A stretch of DNA of 18,667 bases from Spirochaetota bacterium (lineage in GTDB: Bacteria > Spirochaetota > UBA4802 > UBA5550), in contig JBNKTL010000064.1 in NCBI GenBank assembly GCA_050298055.1, positions 1 to 18,667 of the forward strand, read 5' to 3'. A program made the translations under genes and the position numbers. Below, one piece after another: positions 7,801 through 16,767 of this stretch; position 1 is the stretch's first letter, and each line of letters starts with the position of its first letter. The notes beneath the pieces were generated by a model. The model saw only the letters and a program-made list of their open reading frames with translations. It had not been told where the DNA came from and did no database searches.

Positions 7801-8240
7801 TATGACTCCTCTGCATCAGTAAAAGCAGCGAATACAGATAAATATCATTGTCAAAGTTTATGAGAAAAAATCAAGGACCATTTTGGGATAATGTTTCTCT
7901 TTCTATCCACAGGTTTGCCATTACTTAATTTATCTTGACGACAACGGTCCTGTGGGAAGGATTAAGGAAACCTGTAGAGAAGTTTATTAAGCTCCAAACT
8001 CAGATCACACCGTCGCTTCACTCCATGAGATGACACAGGACAAAATAAACATCATCCCGGCAAAAATAATAAAAAAATTGTTGAGAAAATATGAAATTTT
8101 TGATAATAATTGGTTGCATTTAAACAGGATAAAATTATTTGTTATTTGTAATGAAAAAACCTGTTTTTTTAGCAAAACAAGACTTATATTTCATGTTTCC
8201 AGCCTGCAGCAAATAATACCTTCGGAGGACTTTCACTGAC

Positions 8241-10499
8241 ATGGACATATATCTCTTCATTGTTGTTTTACTCCTGTCCCTGGGAATTTTCGGGATAATC
8301 GTGGGAGTAAGCAATGATGCCGTTAACTTTCTTAATTCATCCATAGGCTCAATGGTGGCCCCCCGGAATATTATTTTTCTGGTGGCAAGCATCGGGATTC
8401 TGACGGGTGTCACCTTCTCCAGCGGCATGATGGAGGTGGCACGAAAAGGGATCTTCCATCCCAAATTTTTCACAATGCCGGAACTGATGGTCGCCTTCCT
8501 GGCCGTAATGCTTGCCAATGTACTCCTTCTCGACCTCTTCAATACCTTCTCCCTTCCCACTTCAACAACGGTTTCCATTGTTTTTTCTCTCCTGGGAGCG
8601 GCAGTGGGAATTTCATTGATCAAGATCTCTTCAACGGGCCAGGAATATTATCTCCTGGTAAGATATATTAATACGGCAAAAGCTCTGACCATCATTATGG
8701 GGATCATCCTGTCGGTGGGCATCGCCTTCGTATTCGGGGTGGTCATCCAGTTTATCACGCGGTTTATTTTTACCTTTGATTACGAAAAGAGAATGAAAAA
8801 ATACGGGGCGCTCTGGGGAGGAACGGCCCTTACCACTATTATCTTTTTCATCCTGTTAAAAGGCGCCAGGGGATCGTCATTTCTGACACCTGAAATTCTG
8901 GACTTCATCCAGTCTCATCTGATTACTATCCTGATATTCACATTTCTCATTTTAGTCGTCATTTTACAGATAATAATACTCTTCACACAAATAAACATAC
9001 TGGTCATGGTCGTCCTTGCAGGAACTTTCGCCCTGGCTATGGCCTTTGCCGCAAACGACCTGGTCAATTTCATAGGCGTTCCTCTTGCCGGCCTAAACGC
9101 GTATACCATTGCCAGCTCCAGCGGTGATATGACCAATACTCTCATGCTGGGAATGCAGAAAAAAATTCAGACAAACACATTTATCCTTCTGGCGTCCGGA
9201 GCGGTCATGGTGGCAACACTCTGGTATTCACGAAAAGCCCAGTCCGTGGCAAAAACGGAAGTGGACCTGAGCCGGCAGGACGAGGGTACGGAAAGATTTG
9301 ACGCCACCCTGGTTTCCCGGGGGATAGTCAGAATGGTCTCCTCGCTCTTTGAAATGGTCCGGGTCATCATTCCGGAGAATATGGCAAACAAAATATCACA
9401 GCGTCTTGACATAAAAGCATATAAACCGGTCATACAGAAGGACGGGAGGACCCCTTCCTATGATCTTCTCAGAGCTTCGGTAAACCTCGTTGTTGCCAGC
9501 GCCGTTGTGTCATTTGCCACATCAATGAAACTTCCCCTCTCAACAACTTATGTGACCTTCATGGTTGCCATGGGGACCTCTCTCTCCGACCAGGCCTGGG
9601 ACAGGGAGAGCGCCGTATACCGGGTATCGGGCGTTTTAACGGTCATTGCCGGATGGTTCATGACAGCCGTCATTGCGTTTACCGTGGCCCTTGCTTTTTC
9701 CTATTTCATCCACTATTACAAGGTTCCCGCGATTATCATCTTATTACTTCTGACAGTGTTCCTCATTTACAGGTACCATCACATCCATTCTCACAGGGCA
9801 AAGAAACATGAAGAGATGGAAGTCTTTAATCTCATAAAAGTTACCGATCCTGAATCTGCCATCAATACAACATTTGAACACAGCGGACTTTTCCTCAGTG
9901 AAGTCAGGGATGTTGTCTCCCAGACATTTGACGGGATCTTTTCGCAAAACAGGCAGGAGTTGAGAAGACTGAGAGACGAATCCTCGAAAATCCAGAGATG
10001 GGCAAATATTATTATAGCCAACACCTTCAAGATACTTCGTCTTCTTTACCAGGCGGATATTGAACATACAACAAATTATTCCCATACAATCGGCGCGCTG
10101 CAGGAGATCGCGGAAAGCGTGAGGGACACTGCCGTCAGGTGTTACGTCCACGTAAATAACAATCACAAGGGGCTTCTCGACATTCAGATTGCCGAACTGA
10201 AAGAGATCAGCGAATGCATTGTAAAACTTCTTGACTACACATCCCGGGCTCTTCATAAAAAGCACGCGGTAAACTTTAAAGAAGTTGAGAAAATAAATAC
10301 ACGGCTCAGTGAACTTGCCAGAGAGTTTGATCAAAACCAGATCAAAAGGATCCAGGATGAGTCATCAAAAACCCGCCTCAGCATTCTCTTTTACGGACTT
10401 CTCGGAGACGTCATGAAGATATCCGAAGAGACTCTTGTACTGCTCAATATATTCCATGATTCATTTAAAATCAATAAAAAGAAACGGAGAACCAACTGA
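8241..10499 (+). CDS. PiT-family inorganic phosphate transporter with C-terminal PhoU-like helical domain
   Basis: GVSNDAVNFLNSSIGS, LPTSTT, AANDLVNFIG and LPLSTTYVTF PiT signatures; many TM segments; soluble helical C-terminus; GGAGG RBS. Confidence 0.9.
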   Translation: MDIYLFIVVLLLSLGIFGIIVGVSNDAVNFLNSSIGSMVAPRNIIFLVASIGILTGVTFSSGMMEVARKGIFHPKFFTMPELMVAFLAVMLANVLLLDLFNTFSLPTSTTVSIVFSLLGAAVGISLIKISSTGQEYYLLVRYINTAKALTIIMGIILSVGIAFVFGVVIQFITRFIFTFDYEKRMKKYGALWGGTALTTIIFFILLKGARGSSFLTPEILDFIQSHLITILIFTFLILVVILQIIILFTQINILVMVVLAGTFALAMAFAANDLVNFIGVPLAGLNAYTIASSSGDMTNTLMLGMQKKIQTNTFILLASGAVMVATLWYSRKAQSVAKTEVDLSRQDEGTERFDATLVSRGIVRMVSSLFEMVRVIIPENMANKISQRLDIKAYKPVIQKDGRTPSYDLLRASVNLVVASAVVSFATSMKLPLSTTYVTFMVAMGTSLSDQAWDRESAVYRVSGVLTVIAGWFMTAVIAFTVALAFSYFIHYYKVPAIIILLLLTVFLIYRYHHIHSHRAKKHEEMEVFNLIKVTDPESAINTTFEHSGLFLSEVRDVVSQTFDGIFSQNRQELRRLRDESSKIQRWANIIIANTFKILRLLYQADIEHTTNYSHTIGALQEIAESVRDTAVRCYVHVNNNHKGLLDIQIAELKEISECIVKLLDYTSRALHKKHAVNFKEVEKINTRLSELAREFDQNQIKRIQDESSKTRLSILFYGLLGDVMKISEETLVLLNIFHDSFKINKKKRRTN

Positions 10500-10504
10500 G
10501 ACCC

Positions 10505-12316
10505 ATGAACGTTAACAAGATACCCCGGAGAGATGAGATTGGACCAGGGGAAAAGTGGGACCTTACCCCCCTTTTTGGAACAGATGAAGAGTGGGAGGCC
10601 CTCTACGGGGAAGTGGAATCCCAATCGGGACAGTACGAAAGCTACAGGGGGCGTATGGGAGAGTCCCCGGAGCTTTTCAAAGAAACCATTGAATTTGACC
10701 TTGAGATGTCCCGAAAACTTGACAGGCTCTACACCTATGCCCACCTGAAAAACGACGAAGACAAGACTAACCAGCAGTATACCGGGGTTTACCAGAGGGC
10801 AATAAATCTCTACATGAGGATATCGGAACTCTCAAGCTTCATTACGCCGGAAATCCAGTCCCTGCCGGAAGAGAAACTGAATTCCTCTGTGAATGCCACC
10901 GGGATGAAGGAGTACAGCTTCTACCTTGAGAAGATCATCAGGTACAGGCCCCATACCCTTTCCCGGGAGATCGAGAAGGTACTCTCCATGTCCGGCGAAA
11001 TGGCCCAGGCCCCGTCGGAAATTTTCAGCCAGCTTGATAACGCGGACCTGACCTTCGGGGAAATTGAAGATGAGGAGGGGAGGAAGCATGAACTGAGTCA
11101 CGGGAACTACAACACATTCCTGATGAAAAAAAACAGGGAGCTGCGGGAGAAGGCGTTCAGGCAGTATTATAAATCGTATCACGACCTCAGGCACACAATT
11201 TCCGCATCCCTTGCCCATTCCAATAAGAAGGACTACTTTTACGCCCGGGTGAGGAACTTTAAAAGCTGCCGTGAAGCGTCCCTCTTTTCCGACAACATAT
11301 CCGGCCATGTCTACGACAATCTGGTCTCAAGCATAAGAGACAACCTCGCTCCCCTTTTCAAGTATCTCACTTTCAGGAAAGAGACCCTGGGTCTTGACGA
11401 GCTTCACTTTTACGATACTTATGTCCCCCTTGTGGAGAACATCGATTTTTCCATGGAATACGACGAAGCGGTTGATGTCTGCGTAAAGGCCCTTGCTCCC
11501 CTGGGTGAAGAGTATACGGATATCTTAAAAGAAGGCCTCCGGGGAAGCTGGGTGGACAGGTACGAGAACAAAGGCAAACGAAGCGGGGCCTATTCTTCGG
11601 GCTGTTACGACTCTCCTCCCTATATCCTTATGAACTATGAGAAGAACAATATCAACAGCCTCTATACCCTTATCCACGAGGCAGGGCACTCCATGCACTC
11701 ATTCTACTCAAAGAAAGAGCAGCCCTATGTGAACTCCCAGTACACAATTTTTGTGGCCGAGGTGGCTTCCACATTCAACGAGACCCTCTTAAGCAACTAC
11801 CTTCTGGATTTTTACGATGATAACCCGGGCATGAAGGCATACATTCTGAACAGGGAGATTGACAACATACGGGGGACCCTCTACAGGCAGACCATGTTTG
11901 CCGAATTTGAAAAGCTCACCCATACGGCAGTTGAAGAGAACAAACCCCTGACCCTTGAATTCATGCAGTCCGAATACCGAAAGCTCCTGGAGGCATACTT
12001 CGGCGATACACTGGTCATTGATGATGAACTCTCCCTTGAGTGTCTTCGAATACCCCATTTTTATTCGGCATTCTATGTTTATAAATACGCAACGGGAATA
12101 TCCGCCGCCATAACCCTGGCCCGGAAGGTCCTTTCCCGGGACGTGAGCGCGAGAGATTCATATATCAATTTCCTCAAACAGGGAGGGAGCACTTTTCCCC
12201 TGGACCAGTTGAAGGAAGCAGGTGTTGATATGCAGAGTCCGGAACCGGTTAAAAACGCCGTGGAGTACTTTGACAGCCTGGTTGACAGGTTTGTTGAGAC
12301 CTGCCGGTCGGTTTGA
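10505..12316 (+). CDS. pepF: Oligoendopeptidase F (M3B)
   Basis: KWDL N-terminus, GKRSGAYS, zinc motif HEAGHSMH, IFVAEVASTFNE, RIPHFY..FYVYKYATG. Confidence 0.95.
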   Translation: MNVNKIPRRDEIGPGEKWDLTPLFGTDEEWEALYGEVESQSGQYESYRGRMGESPELFKETIEFDLEMSRKLDRLYTYAHLKNDEDKTNQQYTGVYQRAINLYMRISELSSFITPEIQSLPEEKLNSSVNATGMKEYSFYLEKIIRYRPHTLSREIEKVLSMSGEMAQAPSEIFSQLDNADLTFGEIEDEEGRKHELSHGNYNTFLMKKNRELREKAFRQYYKSYHDLRHTISASLAHSNKKDYFYARVRNFKSCREASLFSDNISGHVYDNLVSSIRDNLAPLFKYLTFRKETLGLDELHFYDTYVPLVENIDFSMEYDEAVDVCVKALAPLGEEYTDILKEGLRGSWVDRYENKGKRSGAYSSGCYDSPPYILMNYEKNNINSLYTLIHEAGHSMHSFYSKKEQPYVNSQYTIFVAEVASTFNETLLSNYLLDFYDDNPGMKAYILNREIDNIRGTLYRQTMFAEFEKLTHTAVEENKPLTLEFMQSEYRKLLEAYFGDTLVIDDELSLECLRIPHFYSAFYVYKYATGISAAITLARKVLSRDVSARDSYINFLKQGGSTFPLDQLKEAGVDMQSPEPVKNAVEYFDSLVDRFVETCRSV

Positions 12317-12346
12317 TTCCGGCCAGTAAGGTGGGAATTTATTATC

Positions 12347-12388
12347 TTGACAAAAAAAAGGGATTTTCCGGAAATATATCCGGAAAAT
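12347..12388 (+). promoter_or_regulatory. TTGACA -35 box followed by a perfect 10-bp inverted repeat (candidate operator)
   Basis: TTGACA at 12347-12352; ATTTTCCGGA-N6-TCCGGAAAAT at 12363-12388 over the expected -10 position; no canonical -10 seen. Confidence 0.45.
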
Positions 12389-12413
12389 GAAATTCCTGTC
12401 ACTGGAGAGATAA

Positions 12414-12553
12414 ATGTCAAAATACAAGCTTAACGGCGCAAAATTTGAGACCCTGGAGGAGCTGAAAAATCACTCTGGGAACTCTATAAAGATAAAATGT
12501 CCGAAGAAGAATTTAATAACTATGTTGATGAAAATGTGGAAAAAAGCGAATAG
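12414..12553 (+). pseudogene. Small acidic protein (46 aa) interrupted by an apparent 1-nt deletion in an A5 run
   Basis: GGAG RBS and ATG at 12414. Adding one A at 12465-12469 gives MSKYKLNGAKFETLEELKKSLWELYKDKMSEEEFNNYVDENVEKSE ending at TAG 12551-12553, which avoids the overlap with the next gene. Confidence 0.55.
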
Positions 12554-12595
12554 CCTCTCTTCTTTTCAAATCCCGCCTGCAAATCCATACAAACA

Positions 12596-13225
12596 ATGTC
12601 ACTCTTAATTCATGAAATTTTCAGGTCCATAGAGGGCGAAACATGCTGGTCGGGTTTCCCTTCGGTTTTTGTAAGGCTTGCCGGCTGCAATCTCCGCTGC
12701 AGCTCCTGTGATACTCCCGGCTCAAGAAAAAACGGAAGAGAGAAGGAGATCCCCGCAATAATCAATGAAGTAAAGGAGCTGGGCCCCGTACACCATGTCA
12801 CTGTTACCGGGGGAGAGCCCCTCTGCCAGGACGAAACACCGCTCCTCATGAGAAAACTGATCTATGAAAAATACCGGGTCCAGCTGGAAACAAACGGGAG
12901 CTTTCTTCTCTCCCCGGTACCCTCCGGGGTCCGGAAAATCGTGGACGTGAAAACCCCTTCAACCGGAGAAGCGGGTTCCTTCCAGGAGGAAAACCTGGAA
13001 TATATTGATGAAAATGATGAATTAAAGTTCCTGATCTGCAACAGGGGAGACTACGAGTTTTCAAAAAAATTTATCGGGAAGTACCTGGAAGAAACCGTGA
13101 CAGTTATTAATTTTGCCCCGGTTTATAAAAAAATGAAATATGATAAATTGTCAGAGTGGATACTTGAAGACAATCTCAATGTGCGGCTTAATCTCCAACT
13201 CCACAAAATCATTAATGTGAGATAG
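12596..13225 (+). CDS. queE: 7-carboxy-7-deazaguanine synthase-like radical SAM enzyme
   Basis: IHEIFRSIEGE, FVRLAGCNLRCSSCDT, VTGGEPL, LETNGS, DVKTPS, RLNLQLHK. Confidence 0.8.
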   Translation: MSLLIHEIFRSIEGETCWSGFPSVFVRLAGCNLRCSSCDTPGSRKNGREKEIPAIINEVKELGPVHHVTVTGGEPLCQDETPLLMRKLIYEKYRVQLETNGSFLLSPVPSGVRKIVDVKTPSTGEAGSFQEENLEYIDENDELKFLICNRGDYEFSKKFIGKYLEETVTVINFAPVYKKMKYDKLSEWILEDNLNVRLNLQLHKIINVR

Positions 13226-13229
13226 TGAA

Positions 13230-14108
13230 ATGAATTACGTGGGTAATATTATCAGGCCTCCCAGTGAAGCGGACAGCCTTATATTACAGGTAACCGTGGG
13301 CTGCTCCCATAATATGTGCACATTCTGCGGCACGTACAAGGATGTGAAGTTCCATTTAAAGGAACGGGAAACAATCGAGAGGGATATTAATGAGGCTGCC
13401 GGATACGGTTACCGGTTCAGGAGGGTATTTCTCGCTGACGGCGATGTCCTTATCCTTCCTACAGAGACAATTCTGGAGATCATTGCCGCAATTAACCGGA
13501 AGATCCCCGGCATAGAGAGATTCGGGGTTTATGGAAACACAAAGTCCATACTGAAAAAGAGCCCCGGTGATCTCCGGGAACTGAAGAACGCAGGCCTGGG
13601 GATTGTCTACCAGGGAATTGAGAGCGGCTCAATGGATGTACTGAAAAGAATAAAAAAGGGCGCGTCTCCCCACAGGATGAGAGAGGCGGCAGATAAGGTC
13701 ATGGCTGCGGGAATACTTCTCTCACAGACAGTGATCCTGGGGATAGGGGGCACGGAACTCAGTACGCAACACGCGGTGGAAACCGGCAGGCTTCTGGGAG
13801 AGATGTCCCCCGATTACGCATCGGCCCTGACCCTGATCCTGGTCCCGGGAACAGGTCTCCACACTGAATATGAGAAAGGCAGGTTCAGTCTCCCTGACAG
13901 GTTTGGTCTCCTTAATGAACTGAGACTTATCATAGAACAGATGAACGTAAAAAAGAGATGTTATTTCACGTCAAACCATGCTTCAAACTACCTTCCCGTC
14001 AAGGCCGCACTCCCCGGCCAGAAAGACAGGGTGCTCAAGCTCCTTAACAGCGTCATAGAGAGCAGGGACGAACAGGTTTTGAAGCCGGAATATATGCGCG
14101 GCCTCTAA
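13230..14108 (+). CDS. Radical SAM protein of unknown substrate
   Basis: IIRPPSEADSLILQVTVGCSHNMCTFC, RVFLADGD, GIESG, SNHASNYL. Confidence 0.9.
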   Translation: MNYVGNIIRPPSEADSLILQVTVGCSHNMCTFCGTYKDVKFHLKERETIERDINEAAGYGYRFRRVFLADGDVLILPTETILEIIAAINRKIPGIERFGVYGNTKSILKKSPGDLRELKNAGLGIVYQGIESGSMDVLKRIKKGASPHRMREAADKVMAAGILLSQTVILGIGGTELSTQHAVETGRLLGEMSPDYASALTLILVPGTGLHTEYEKGRFSLPDRFGLLNELRLIIEQMNVKKRCYFTSNHASNYLPVKAALPGQKDRVLKLLNSVIESRDEQVLKPEYMRGL

Positions 14109-14169
14109 AAATCAAAAAACATCTTGATCATCATTCATCATTTCCCTATAATAATGGGAGGATGATGGG

Positions 14170-15759
14170 ATGGGAAGAACTTTTAAAAGCTTTTTCAACA
14201 CAATCCAATTCAGGACCGTTGCTTCCGGAGTAATTGTCCTGTTCCTGGTTGGTTTCGGAATTTCTCTCCTTGCCCTGAAGTCTCCTGAGGGCTGTTCCCC
14301 GGTCAGAGACTTAACGAAAAATTTAAATCTCACGGACAAGGCCTCATACCATTACAAGCTCACGGGGCCCATCCTTTTTATTGCCCTGATAATGATTATT
14401 TACTCCCTGAAGACTTTCATCAGGTCACCTTTCAACCGGGCCATTAATCCAATGCGAAAAGATGAGTATCCTGAATGCAGGGGAATAAACGAATTCCGGT
14501 TACAGCGCGGCAAGATAAGGAAGTTGATGACCATTATAGAGGAGCAAAATGAAAAGATAAGCGGCCTCGGCAGTGAGCTCCACAGGGCAAAGGAAGACGC
14601 GGCTGCCGCAGGTGAACTGAAGAGCCAGTTTCTCGCGAACATGAGCCACGAGATAAGGACTCCCCTTAACGGGATACTTGGAATGGCGGACCTTGTTCTC
14701 GATACCGAAATGAACATAGAGCAGCAAGAATATCTTACTATGATAAAATCCTCGGGGATGAGACTTCTGCTTGTTATCAATGACATCCTCGACTTTTCAA
14801 GAATTGAAGCGGGAAAAATGAGCCTTGAGACAACGACCTTCAGCCTCAGGAAAAGGCTTCTGGACACATTCAACCTGATGAAGGTGAGTGCCGTGAAGAA
14901 AAAAATCGGATTTTCATACCAGGTTGAAGATGACGTTCCGGACATGCTTACCGGTGATCCCAACAGGCTGCTCCAGGTCATCTTCAATCTTTTAAGCAAT
15001 GCGATAAAGTTTACCGACAAAGGAGAGGTCGGAATATCCGTAAAATCGGATTACGAGAACAGAGAAAAAAACTTCGTATTACTTCACGGCATTGTAAGTG
15101 ATACAGGTATCGGGATACCCGGGGAGAAGCAGGGCCAGATATTCAACGCCTTCACCCAGGCAGATTCATCACATTCCCGTCAGTACGGGGGGACCGGAAT
15201 CGGGCTTTCAATATCATCCGGTCTTGTCCGGCTTATGGGAGGGAAGATATGGTTTCACAGCATAGCCAACAAGGGTTCCCGGTTCCACTTCACTGCACGA
15301 TTCAGGGTTGAGCATGATATCACAAGAGAAGAACCCCTGCCTGCTCCGGGAAAATCCCCAATACCCGGGCCGGTCACCGATGAGAATGAATACCGTATTC
15401 TCCTTGTGGAAGATGAAAGAATAAACAGGATGCTCGCGGAAAAAATAATGCTCAAACAGGGGTGGAATGTTACACCTGCACGGAACGGGGAAGAGGCACT
15501 CATTGCCTGGAACACAGGCGGATTCAATCTCATTGTCATGGACATACAGATGCCGGTCATGGATGGGTTTGAGGCCACTGGAGCCATCAGAAAAGCGGAA
15601 AAAGAAACGGGGGGCCATGTCCCCATTATTGCAATGACAGCCCATGCCATAAAAGGGGACAGGGAAAAATGTCTCGCCGCGGGAATGGATGACTATTTAT
15701 CCAAGCCAATTGCTCCGGATAAATTTATTTCAACACTCTCCCGTTACCTGGACACTTAA
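14170..15759 (+). CDS. Hybrid sensor histidine kinase / response regulator
   Basis: Two N-terminal TM segments; H box [16 protein letters not shown] box [22 protein letters not shown]; receiver [10 protein letters not shown] and AMTAHA..DDYLSKP. Confidence 0.95.
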   Translation: MGRTFKSFFNTIQFRTVASGVIVLFLVGFGISLLALKSPEGCSPVRDLTKNLNLTDKASYHYKLTGPILFIALIMIIYSLKTFIRSPFNRAINPMRKDEYPECRGINEFRLQRGKIRKLMTIIEEQNEKISGLGSELHRAKEDAAAAGELKSQFLANMSHEIRTPLNGILGMADLVLDTEMNIEQQEYLTMIKSSGMRLLLVINDILDFSRIEAGKMSLETTTFSLRKRLLDTFNLMKVSAVKKKIGFSYQVEDDVPDMLTGDPNRLLQVIFNLLSNAIKFTDKGEVGISVKSDYENREKNFVLLHGIVSDTGIGIPGEKQGQIFNAFTQADSSHSRQYGGTGIGLSISSGLVRLMGGKIWFHSIANKGSRFHFTARFRVEHDITREEPLPAPGKSPIPGPVTDENEYRILLVEDERINRMLAEKIMLKQGWNVTPARNGEEALIAWNTGGFNLIVMDIQMPVMDGFEATGAIRKAEKETGGHVPIIAMTAHAIKGDREKCLAAGMDDYLSKPIAPDKFISTLSRYLDT

Positions 15760-15793
15760 AGTGTATGAGAAAAGTGACGTTGAGAAAAAATCC

Positions 15794-15904
15794 CGTAACA
15801 ATTCAGCTATGTGTAAAAACTGACATGTTTAATGAACAAAATAAAACTGATGTGTCCCCGCCGCCGAAGGCGGCGGGGACACATTGTTTATAGTTTATGG
15901 AACA
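15794..15904. repeat. Palindromic element copy 1 (16-bp perfect stem, GAA loop); may also act as terminator for the kinase gene
   Basis: atgtgtccccgccgcc-gaa-ggcggcggggacacat at 15850-15884; imperfect arms extend about 15826-15904; left-end motif cgtaacaattcagct at 15794-15808. Confidence 0.85.
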
Positions 15905-16019
15905 AAAACCCTCAAGAGAGAAATAAATTTATATTGCAAAAAAATCCCATCAATTTTAACTGGTTTCTCAGTGATGATAATTTTATGGCCTCATGCAAGC
16001 CAGTTAAGCGGAGAAACCT

Positions 16020-16187
16020 ATGAGTGATGAGATAAGAGATGCAGTGAAGTATATTTCAAAAGAGATACTGCATAATCCCGGTACAGATATCAATAAACTG
16101 GTAGAATCTGCCTGCCTGAAATTCGACCTGAACCCCCTTCAGGCGGACTTTCTTGTGAACAAGTTTATCACCGAAAGAAAAGAATAG
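16020..16187 (+). CDS. Small hypothetical protein (55 aa), not in ORF track
   Basis: GGAG RBS; MSDEIRDAVKYISKEILHNPGTDINKLVESACLKFDLNPLQADFLVNKFITERKE; amphipathic helical pattern. Confidence 0.75.
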   Translation: MSDEIRDAVKYISKEILHNPGTDINKLVESACLKFDLNPLQADFLVNKFITERKE

Positions 16188-16726
16188 ACCTGCTTTTCCA
16201 TTGCCCTTTCACAACCTGCCACAATCTTCCCGGAAAGCTCTTCAAAAAAGCGGAAATAGTCAGTGTCGCCGTCAATATCAAATTTTATGAAGATAAAGTC
16301 GTCCTCCGCCCTTTTATAGAGTATCAGCCTGCAGGTATACCTTATCTTTGCCCTGATCTCCTTAATACTCTTATTGAAACTCTTTGATTCCAGAGATCCT
16401 GATACAGCATAGTCCGCCCTGAAACGGATGCAGTATCTTTTCAGAACATCCCTGTTCAATGTCCGTGTGTAAGATTCAGGTTTTTCCCTGAACACCCGTT
16501 CATATTCCATAACAGGCACTATGGGGTACTCTCTTTTCCGGAACTTCCAGAGCACCCTCTCCCGGAGAAGTCTGTTCTGAATGTCATTAATGACACCTGA
16601 TTCAAAACCGAAGACCAGGACCTTCCCTTTTTCGCCTCCCGCCTCCAGGGGCCGGGAGAAAAGGATCAGAAGGAAAACAGCCAGAACCGGGACCATGTGC
16701 CTCTTCTTTAAAGTGATTTTCATCAT
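16139..16726 (-). CDS. Exported hypothetical protein, possibly CsgG/FlgO-like alpha/beta fold
   Basis: Signal peptide ending PLEA; VLVFGF and ADYAVSGSL patterns; GGAG RBS; downstream of and co-oriented with the pyrophosphorylase gene. Confidence 0.65.
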   Translation of the reverse strand: MMKITLKKRHMVPVLAVFLLILFSRPLEAGGEKGKVLVFGFESGVINDIQNRLLRERVLWKFRKREYPIVPVMEYERVFREKPESYTRTLNRDVLKRYCIRFRADYAVSGSLESKSFNKSIKEIRAKIRYTCRLILYKRAEDDFIFIKFDIDGDTDYFRFFEELSGKIVAGCERAMEKQVYSFLSVINLFTRKSA

Positions 16727-16767
16727 TATGCTATCTCCCTCGATCCACCGGCATCAATGAAACCTTT

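Noticed and set aside
8030..8240. 69-aa ORF and a Pho box upstream of the PiT gene
   Set aside because: ORF is AT-rich promoter-like DNA with no RBS or motifs; no CTGTCAT-type 11-bp direct repeats seen.
15832..16023. 63-aa ORF with poly-Arg
   Set aside because: The Arg run is just the translation of the GC hairpin element.
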